64,000 bases of DNA, taken from positions 224,001 to 288,000 of the forward strand of contig CAVUWD010000006.1 in NCBI GenBank assembly GCA_963745025.1, read 5' to 3'. The notes under the pieces were generated by a model. That model was not told where the DNA came from and did no database searches. It worked only from the letters and a program-made list of their open reading frames with translations. This document shows, in pieces, positions 60,961 through 64,000 of this stretch. Source of the stretch: an uncultured delta proteobacterium. Lineage in GTDB: Bacteria; Desulfobacterota; Binatia; JACPRU01. Every line of letters starts with the position of its first letter. Positions within the stretch are counted from its first letter, which is position 1. The translations under genes were made by a program, and so were the position numbers.

Positions 60961-63289
60961 ATGCAGCAACGCGCCCGGACCCCCCGCACTCGGCGCTCGA
61001 TCCGGGCTTTCCTCATGCGTGCTGTCCTCTTCGTCACCGCCCTGACGGCGATCACCGCCGCAGTGATCGGTTTCTTGGCTCTACGCGAGATTCGCAAAGA
61101 TCTTCCGCCCGTGCAGCAGCTCGCCGCGTACCGGCCCGCGGTCGCCTCTCAGGTCTACGCCGCAAACGGAGAGCTCGTCGGCGAGTTCTTCCTCGAAAAG
61201 CGCTACCTCGTCTCCCTCGACAAGATTCCGCTCGTCGTTCGCCAGGCGTTCGTCGCCGCCGAGGACTCGAACTTCTATCATCATCACGGCATCGACTTGA
61301 CCAGCATCGTTCGCGCGTTTCTGAACAACGTGATTGCGGGCGAGGTGGTGCAAGGGGGAAGCACGATCACGCAGCAGGTCGTGAAGTCGCTGCTGCTTTC
61401 GCCCGAGAAGAGCTACGAGCGAAAGCTGAAGGAAGTCCTGCTTTCACTGCGGCTGGAGCGACAGTTCACCAAAGACGAGATTCTCTACATCTACCTGAAC
61501 CAGATCTATCTGGGCTCCGGCGCATACGGCGTTGCCGCCGCCGCACAGGTCTACTTCGGCAAGGACGTGCAGGAGCTGACGCTGCCCGAGGCGGCGCTGC
61601 TGGCCGGTCTACCGCAAGCGCCGAGCCGCACCTCGCCGATCCACCATTCCGAGCGTGCTCGCGTCGCGGGAGCTCTACGTGCTCGAGCGCATGGAAGCCG
61701 CCGGCTACATCCCGCGCGAGCAGCACGAGGTCGCGGCCCGCATCCCGGTCCATGTCGTTGTCGGGCAGCGCCGCCAAACGTATCCTCACGCACCCGATTA
61801 CGTGGAGTACATCCGGCGCCTGCTCGAAGATCGGTACGGAAATCGTGCACCCTACGAGCTCGGACTACGCATCGACACGGCGCTCGACCTCGGCATGCAG
61901 CAGATCGCCGAGAAATCCGTACGCGATGGCCTGAAGGCACTCGACCGCCGCCGGGGATACCGCGGACCCACGCGACGCCTCTCGGAGGCCGAAGCGCAGC
62001 CCTTCCTCGACCAACAAGAGGCGACGGAGCCGAAGGACGGCTATCCCGCCGGGGCGACGGTCGAAGCGCTGGTGATCCGCGCGGCGGCAGACCACGTGAG
62101 GCTCCGAATCGGCGGGCTCGAAGCCGTGCTTCCGGCCTCCGGCATGGCATGGGCTCGCGGCTGGACACCGACACGATTCCGCCCCGGTGACCTGCTGTTG
62201 GTCAAGATCGAGAAGCGAACGACGAGCGCGTTGGAGGTCTCGCTCGATCAGGATCCCGACACCGAGGGAGCGTTCCTCGCCCTCGACGCGCGGAGCGGCT
62301 TGGTGCGAGCGATGGTCGGGGGCTACGACTACTCGCGGAGCCAGTTCAATCGGGCCGTCCAGGCCTATCGGCAACCGGGCTCGGCCTTCAAGCCGCTCGT
62401 TTACGCCGCCGCGTTCGATCGCGGCCTCACACCGGCCTCGATCGTCGTCGATTCCCCCATCGTCTTCGACGACGGCAGCAACCGGATTTGGAAGCCGGAG
62501 AACTACGAGCAGGAGTTTCACGGGCCCACGCGGCTGCGCGAGGCCTTGGTGCACTCGATGAACGTGGTAACGGTGAAGGTCGCACAGCAGATCGGGCTAG
62601 CCTATCTGACCTCGTATCTGCCGCGCTTCGGCTTCGATCGACCCTTCCCGCGCAACCTCTCGATCGCGCTCGGCAGCTCCGAAGTGACGCTACTCGAGTT
62701 GGTGCGTGCCTACGACGCGTTCGCGACCGGCGGCAAGCTCTACGAGCCGATCTTCATCACCCGCATCACCGACGCCGCCGGTAATGTGATCGAGGAGCGC
62801 CGGCCTTCCTCCCAAGACGTGCTCTCGCCCGAAACCGCTTACCTCGTCACCAGCATCCTGAAGAGCGTGATCGAGCGAGGGACCGGGCACCGGGCGCGAG
62901 CGCTCGCGCGCCCCGCGGCGGGTAAGACCGGGACTACGAACGATCAGATGGACGCCTGGTTCATCGGCTACACGCCAGAGCTGCTCGCCGGGGCGTGGGT
63001 CGGATTCGACGAGAAGAAGAGCCTCGGCAAGGAAGAGACCGGCGGCCGCGCCGCGGTCCCGATCTGGCTCGAGTTCATGCAGCAGGCCACCGAGACGATG
63101 CCGATCACGGACTTCACGATTCCGTCGGATATCGTCTTCGTGAACATCGACGGCAAAACCGGGCAGCGCGCCGTGCCGGGAGACGGGAACGTCATGCTCG
63201 AATGTTTCCGACGAGGTAGCGAGCCGGAGCAGATGGTGCAACGGGTTCAAGGCCCGCCGCCGGACGATTTCTTCCGCGGCGACTTCTAG
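60961..63289 (+). CDS. mrcA: Class A penicillin-binding protein 1A, one frameshift near 61660
   Basis: Transglycosylase motifs AEDSNFY, QGGSTITQQ and RKLKE; transpeptidase motifs PGSAFKP, SMN and GKTGT. Confidence 0.93.
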
Positions 63290-63344
63290 CGAGTCCTGAA
63301 TCAGCTGACGATCGTCGGGCCGATGGAAACGCGCGTTCGTTTGC

Positions 63345-63367
63345 GGTCGACCCGAGTACGGATCGAC
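63345..63367. repeat. Solo copy of the MITE hairpin core
   Basis: GGTCGACCCGAGTACGGATCGAC is the exact reverse complement of 46997-47019; lies between the convergent mrcA and HDAC genes. Confidence 0.8.
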
Positions 63368-63404
63368 GGAAAGAGGAACCGCTGTCCTCCACTGGATTTC
63401 CGTC

Positions 63405-64000
63405 TCAGATCCGCCAGTAATGCCGAGCGATCTCGAGCGGCTGCCGCAGGTCCGGTGGGTCGCCGACGGGCGGCGAAACGGTTTCGCCGAGCTGCTCGCC
63501 CCGCATCTCGGAGAGGACGGCGGCGATCGAGCGTGTGAGCCCCTCGAGGTCGTAGCCGCCCTCGAGCACTGCCACGAATCGGTCCTGGCAAACCTCCCGC
63601 GCGGTTCGCAGCAGCACTCGGGCGATAGCCGCGAAGCCGTTCTCCGTCACCTCCATTCCGGCGAGCGGATCTCGGCGATGCGCGTCGAAACCCGCTGAGA
63701 CGAGGATGAACTCGGGCGCGAACTGCCGTGCGATCGGCTCGACGACGTCGAGAAACGCCTGCACGTACTGCCGATCGCCGTAGCCGGCGGGGAACGGCAG
63801 ATTCAGGGTAAAGCCCTCGCCTTCTCCCGCGCCCACTTCGCGCGCGGCGCCGGTCCCAGGGTAGAAGGGATATTGATGCGCAGAAACGAACATCACGCTC
63901 GGGTCGCGATAAAAGGAACGCTGGGTGCCGTTTCCGTGATGAACGTCCCAATCGACGACCAGCACGCGACGTAGGCCGTGTGCGGCGCGCAAGTGCGCCG
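63405..64000 (-). CDS. Histone deacetylase family protein (5' end outside the window)
   Basis: VDWDVHHGNGTQ, YPGTG, SAGFDAH..DPL and LEGGY. Confidence 0.95.
   Translation of the reverse strand, partial: AHLRAAHGLRRVLVVDWDVHHGNGTQRSFYRDPSVMFVSAHQYPFYPGTGAAREVGAGEGEGFTLNLPFPAGYGDRQYVQAFLDVVEPIARQFAPEFILVSAGFDAHRRDPLAGMEVTENGFAAIARVLLRTAREVCQDRFVAVLEGGYDLEGLTRSIAAVLSEMRGEQLGETVSPPVGDPPDLRQPLEIARHYWRI

Overview
GC-rich bacterial chromosomal window with about 55 protein-coding genes. The gene mix (hpnH/hpnG, ptsP, Lgt, MCE transporter, sigma-54 regulators) suggests a diderm, possibly a Binatia/deltaproteobacterial-type organism; this is inference. The left part (1-19 kb, plus 28.8-31.6 kb) is accessory: YddA-like ABC transporter, membrane protein-GH63-GH13, a 46-aa four-Cys protein, a DUF3604-PpiC-HupE/UreJ triad, OmpA, DUF4105-MlaE/F/D-PqiC, a His-tailed DMT transporter, and an arylsulfatase with a beta-barrel-like partner. 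The rest is mostly housekeeping: rph, rdgB, lhr, larA-like, lgt, trmL, queD, dusB, UvrD-type helicase, PMM/PGM, comM, ptsP, thiD, sirtuin, hpnH, PBP1A and HDAC. Several genes carry 1-bp frameshifts that look like sequencing or assembly errors. No rRNA, tRNA, CRISPR array or transposase was seen. The most notable non-coding signal is a roughly 240-bp element in two copies (46935-47170 and 60637-60880). It has IS66-type GTAA...TTAC terminal inverted repeats and an exact 8-bp target-site duplication in one copy, and it carries two inverted REP-like hairpins with compensatory substitutions; a solo copy of the hairpin core lies at 63345. Also present are a second REP-like family built from GGCTACC heptamers, a perfect 37-bp inverted repeat, a hidden frameshifted GST gene and several sigma-54 promoters.
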